From Amoebidium appalachense (taxonomy: Eukaryota > Protista > Ichthyosporea): DNA of 64,000 bases. The stretch covers positions 3,391,098 to 3,455,097 of the forward strand of contig CAVNZM010000011.1 of NCBI GenBank assembly GCA_963693365.1, written 5' to 3'. Positions 61,065 through 64,000 of the stretch are shown here, in pieces. Under the pieces are notes generated by a model. The model saw nothing but the letters and a program-made list of their open reading frames with translations, was not told the origin of the DNA and ran no database searches. Position numbers and translations under genes: made by a program. The stretch's first letter is position 1. Every line of letters starts with the position of its first letter.

Positions 61065-61599
61065 GGCTGTCGAGGATGCTGAAACACAGCTGACCGAGTT
61101 TGGCCGGGTCCCGGTTCTCAAGCAGGGCGCGGGCGTCATCGTCGGTCATGTTTGAGGTGGCGGCCTTCGCGATGTTGAAGATGTTCGACATGGTGGCCGG
61201 GTCGAGTGGCGGGAGCTGGCCGGCATGGTCCAGGACCTGCGTGGACGGGACTGGTGCAGCTGTCGCACCACTGTACACGACCAGGCGCTCGACATACTCG
61301 ACTACGGCAGCCTTGGTAATGGGGTGCATGCGAGTCCATGCCGCGTGCAGCCCCATCTGTTGGAGTGGAGAGTGGTCGCCCTCAAGAAACGACCAGTCCT
61401 TGGCGGCGACCTGCGGCATGAACGGCGCTATCTGAGCCGCAAAGACCTGAGGGGGCATGTCCGGGCTGACTTCAGCTGTGGAGGCCGCGATGGACCTTGC
61501 CTGGGCGATCTCCGGAAGGTCGGGGAACGCGGTCTGGAGCTTGGCGCAAAGCTCATCGAGGCATGCATTAAACGAGGCAGCTTCCATTAGCAATGCCAT
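61042..61599 (-). CDS. Conserved NCLDV hypothetical protein
   Basis: FN....EL...L...FP..F...I.P....KD..F..W..M....K..V..Y...L pattern, as I recall it from giant-virus conserved ORFs. Confidence 0.65.
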   Translation of the reverse strand: MALLMEAASFNACLDELCAKLQTAFPDLPEIAQARSIAASTAEVSPDMPPQVFAAQIAPFMPQVAAKDWSFLEGDHSPLQQMGLHAAWTRMHPITKAAVVEYVERLVVYSGATAAPVPSTQVLDHAGQLPPLDPATMSNIFNIAKAATSNMTDDDARALLENRDPAKLGQLCFSILDSLTANVPT

Positions 61600-61652
61600 A
61601 CAAAAAAAGGGCGCAGGGGATGTTGAGAAAAAATGATCAGCCCGTCATACAG

Positions 61653-61865
61653 ATGGCAACAACACGCAGACGACACCACCGGCGGCGCGGCGCGTCAGTA
61701 CCGGGAGAAAACAAGGCGCTTGCGCTTCTGACCAACCAGATCCAAGAGACTAGTCCCGGATGTATGCCCCGGGGGTTTGCGAGAACCATCGCGGCTGCAA
61801 AGCTCGGCAACATGCGGCGTCACATTCGCCGACGACTGTGCGAGGCGTGGCGCAGCAAGTGGTAG
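61653..61865 (+). CDS. Small Arg-rich viral protein
   Basis: MATTRRRHHRRRGAS..MRRHIRRRL. Confidence 0.5.
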   Translation: MATTRRRHHRRRGASVPGENKALALLTNQIQETSPGCMPRGFARTIAAAKLGNMRRHIRRRLCEAWRSKW

Positions 61866-61885
61866 ACACGACAAGACACAAGCAT

Positions 61886-62872
61886 CTACACGGTCATGAG
61901 ACAACGCGGGGTTGTCCGTGTTTTAATAAACGACCAGCCCAGCTTTGCACAGATGGCCTGCCATGTGCGGTCGTGGTCACAGAGTTTGTCTGCAGACTTT
62001 AGCAGGGGTATGTGGGGTAGATAGGCGCCCCACTGGAGCAGCTCGCAGAACTTGAACAGCAGGTAGTTGACCGAGAGGAAGTTGATCCTGTCATCGCACG
62101 CGTCCTTGAACACGCCCTGCGTCTGCATGAACATGTCGCGCAGGCGGTCCAGCTGCTCGGGGTTGAACTGCGGGCACTGAATGCCAAATGCGCTCTGCAT
62201 GATGCTGGGGATGTTGCGGTAGTAGCGGTTGAGCTTGCGGCTTCTCAGGAGCTTCTTGACATGTGCGTGCGTGATGCGTTCCATGGGGTAGTGCAGCGTG
62301 GCCGCGTCCCTGACAAACTCGATGACGTCAACCGGTATGTCTGTGGTCTCCTTGCCCTGGAAGTGCACGAGCGTCTCGTTGAAATGGTTGAGCGGCTTGT
62401 ATACCTGTTGGCGCTGGCTGCGGGGTGGGGGCATCTTGAACACCGACTTGTTGAACTCACAGAACCCGGGCACGGCCTCACCGCACTCGTCGCACACGTA
62501 CATCTCCCTCATCTTGTCCAGCAGGCCGACGCCGCACGCGGGGCAGGGATCGGGCTCGCGGCGGGGAGCACGGTCCTGCACGTCCTCCACATGGGTCAGG
62601 TAGTCGCGATACACCTCCCTCCTCGAATCCCTGTCGCTGCACTCGTAGTGCTTAAGCATGTAGGGCAGGGTGTCGAGAAGGAACTCAACCTCCTCCTGGA
62701 CAACAGCGGCGTCGCCGATCCTGCGGCGCTTGGCAAACTCGGCCATGCGCACGTCCACACGCGACTCCATGTCGTTCTGGGCCACGTGCTGCACATACTG
62801 CTTGTCTGCCTCGCAGCCCTTCTTGGACCGGTAGGGCGCGCGCATCGGGCGCTTGCGCTCGTCCGCTGACAT
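61886..62872 (-). CDS. VLTF3: Viral late transcription factor 3 (poxvirus A2L-like VLTF3)
   Basis: CPAC..CDECG zinc ribbon, YKPLNHFNETLVHFQGKE, LNRYYRNIP, RINFLSVNYLLFKFCELL, LLKS..KL..HD..W..IC..LGW.F. Confidence 0.95.
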   Translation of the reverse strand: MSADERKRPMRAPYRSKKGCEADKQYVQHVAQNDMESRVDVRMAEFAKRRRIGDAAVVQEEVEFLLDTLPYMLKHYECSDRDSRREVYRDYLTHVEDVQDRAPRREPDPCPACGVGLLDKMREMYVCDECGEAVPGFCEFNKSVFKMPPPRSQRQQVYKPLNHFNETLVHFQGKETTDIPVDVIEFVRDAATLHYPMERITHAHVKKLLRSRKLNRYYRNIPSIMQSAFGIQCPQFNPEQLDRLRDMFMQTQGVFKDACDDRINFLSVNYLLFKFCELLQWGAYLPHIPLLKSADKLCDHDRTWQAICAKLGWSFIKTRTTPRCLMTV

Positions 62873-62925
62873 GCTAGTTGGCAAGAAAGTGTGCCGCGGA
62901 CGCGCCTTATATACCTGCGGGAGCC

Positions 62926-63618
62926 CTAGTTCACGCTGTCGGCCTGGATGATGAACAGTATGGGGAAGGTACTCCCTGGGATGCTTTCAGCGAACGAGCC
63001 CGTTGCGGCGCTCAAACCCAGGTTTGTGGCCTGCCCAGACCCTTGAGAAGCGACGCTTGTTCCCAGCAACTCGATGATTTCAGTGCCGTGGGCAACAGAC
63101 TCGCGGCTGTAGTCGGGGGGGGGAGGTGCCCGACCCGGCTTAACGCCACAGTAGCCCAAGACGTTCTTTGGGGTGGCCAACACGCATTCACCGCCTACGC
63201 TTACGGTGCCAGGCCCGCAGCTTCCCCCTTTCCGCGAGCTCGAGCGAACACGCATGGTTGCGGCAGGTCTGGACTTGGGGGCGGCAGTGGGCTTCCTGGT
63301 TGCCATTGCCTTGGTTGGGGCTTGAACGGGTTTAGAAACCGGCCTCCTGGAGGCGGCCTTGGGGGCAACGCTCACCCGCATGGTCCCCATTGGTTTCAGA
63401 GGACGCATGGCGGTCGCAAGCTTGGGTTTCTTTGGGGGGTGGCCGACGGTCGCATGCTTGGCTGGTGCCTTGCGCTTGGCGCTGTCACCTGGCATCCCCA
63501 GACGCCCAGCACGACCGATGAGCGACTCGAGCGCCTTCACCTCCAACTCCAGGTTACTGGTGGACACGGGAACAGGCAGCACGCGTGATGCTTCCGTCAG
63601 TTTAGTGTTCCTGCGCAT
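62926..63618 (-). CDS. Basic K/P/A-rich viral protein with a CGPGT..C motif
   Basis: 230-aa ATG ORF with a low-complexity basic middle region. Confidence 0.6.
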   Translation of the reverse strand: MRRNTKLTEASRVLPVPVSTSNLELEVKALESLIGRAGRLGMPGDSAKRKAPAKHATVGHPPKKPKLATAMRPLKPMGTMRVSVAPKAASRRPVSKPVQAPTKAMATRKPTAAPKSRPAATMRVRSSSRKGGSCGPGTVSVGGECVLATPKNVLGYCGVKPGRAPPPPDYSRESVAHGTEIIELLGTSVASQGSGQATNLGLSAATGSFAESIPGSTFPILFIIQADSVN

Positions 63619-63641
63619 TTATTTGTGGACAAGAAAAGATA

Positions 63642-64000
63642 TCACACACAGCGCCGGGCAACGTTGGCCAGCTTCGTTTGCTCCGCATGGAAGAGAGCCA
63701 GCTGTGCATCGTAGTCGAGGGTCTCGTTTGTGCGCACGTTACATCTCTGGAAGAGTATGTAGCGTACACGCCGGTAGAGGTCCTCGCTGAACAGCGTGAT
63801 GTCCAGTGGAAGCACGCCGTACTCCCCAAACCATGACAGGATGTCCTTGTCCAACTCGTTGGGCTGATACCAGTCAGGAAGCGCCATCAGCGTGTCGGGG
63901 GTTTTCTTTCGCACCAGCTCCTCCAACTCTATAAGGTAGGTCTGGATCTTGGACGCCTCGTCCAGGCCGATTCGCCACTTGCACGCGTACTTATCCAGGT
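63642..64000 (-). CDS. Unknown viral protein, paralog family member 3 (5' partial)
   Basis: Open from the window end: LDKYACKWRIGLDEASKIQTYL..FSEDLYRRVR..QLALFH, matching the second repeat of the 57-58 kb paralogs. Confidence 0.65.
   Translation of the reverse strand, partial: LDKYACKWRIGLDEASKIQTYLIELEELVRKKTPDTLMALPDWYQPNELDKDILSWFGEYGVLPLDITLFSEDLYRRVRYILFQRCNVRTNETLDYDAQLALFHAEQTKLANVARRCV

Larger units (their letters stand above)
44964..64000. mobile_element. Endogenous viral element of a large dsDNA virus (Nucleocytoviricota-type); continues past the window end
   Basis: Abrupt switch to tightly packed intronless ORFs without microsatellites. Hallmark genes include DJR major capsid protein, VLTF3, Erv1, L1R-like membrane protein, YqaJ nuclease and SSB. 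Confidence 0.93.

Noticed and set aside
44964-64000. Polinton/Maverick, virophage or bacterial prophage
   Set aside because: The capsid is of the NCLDV type and accompanied by VLTF3, Erv1 and an L1R-like protein. No protein-primed polymerase, retroviral integrase or phage head-tail genes are visible.

Overview
Eukaryotic nuclear DNA with two sharply different halves. About 1-44,100 is intron-rich host sequence full of poly-G/poly-C runs and (CA)n microsatellites. It holds a tyrosine-recombinase retrotransposon of the DIRS/Ngaro type (gag, RT-RNaseH, and a recombinase gene that appears to carry a spliceosomal intron), a decayed LINE fragment, and four spliced host genes I reconstructed by hand: mitochondrial GrpE, a RING-finger protein, a YdjM-like membrane hydrolase and a claudin/PMP22-like protein. 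From about 44,960 to beyond the window end the DNA becomes gene-dense, intronless and microsatellite-free. This is an endogenous large DNA virus (Nucleocytoviricota-type): major capsid protein, VLTF3, Erv1/Alr oxidase, L1R-like membrane protein, YqaJ nuclease, SSB, papain-like protease, HNH and zinc-ribbon nucleases, plus an unrecognised three-member paralog family. The viral ORFs look largely intact, carry two recurring promoter motifs, and join the host DNA through a scrambled KilA-N remnant. All family assignments are motif recognition by eye; no database searches were run.
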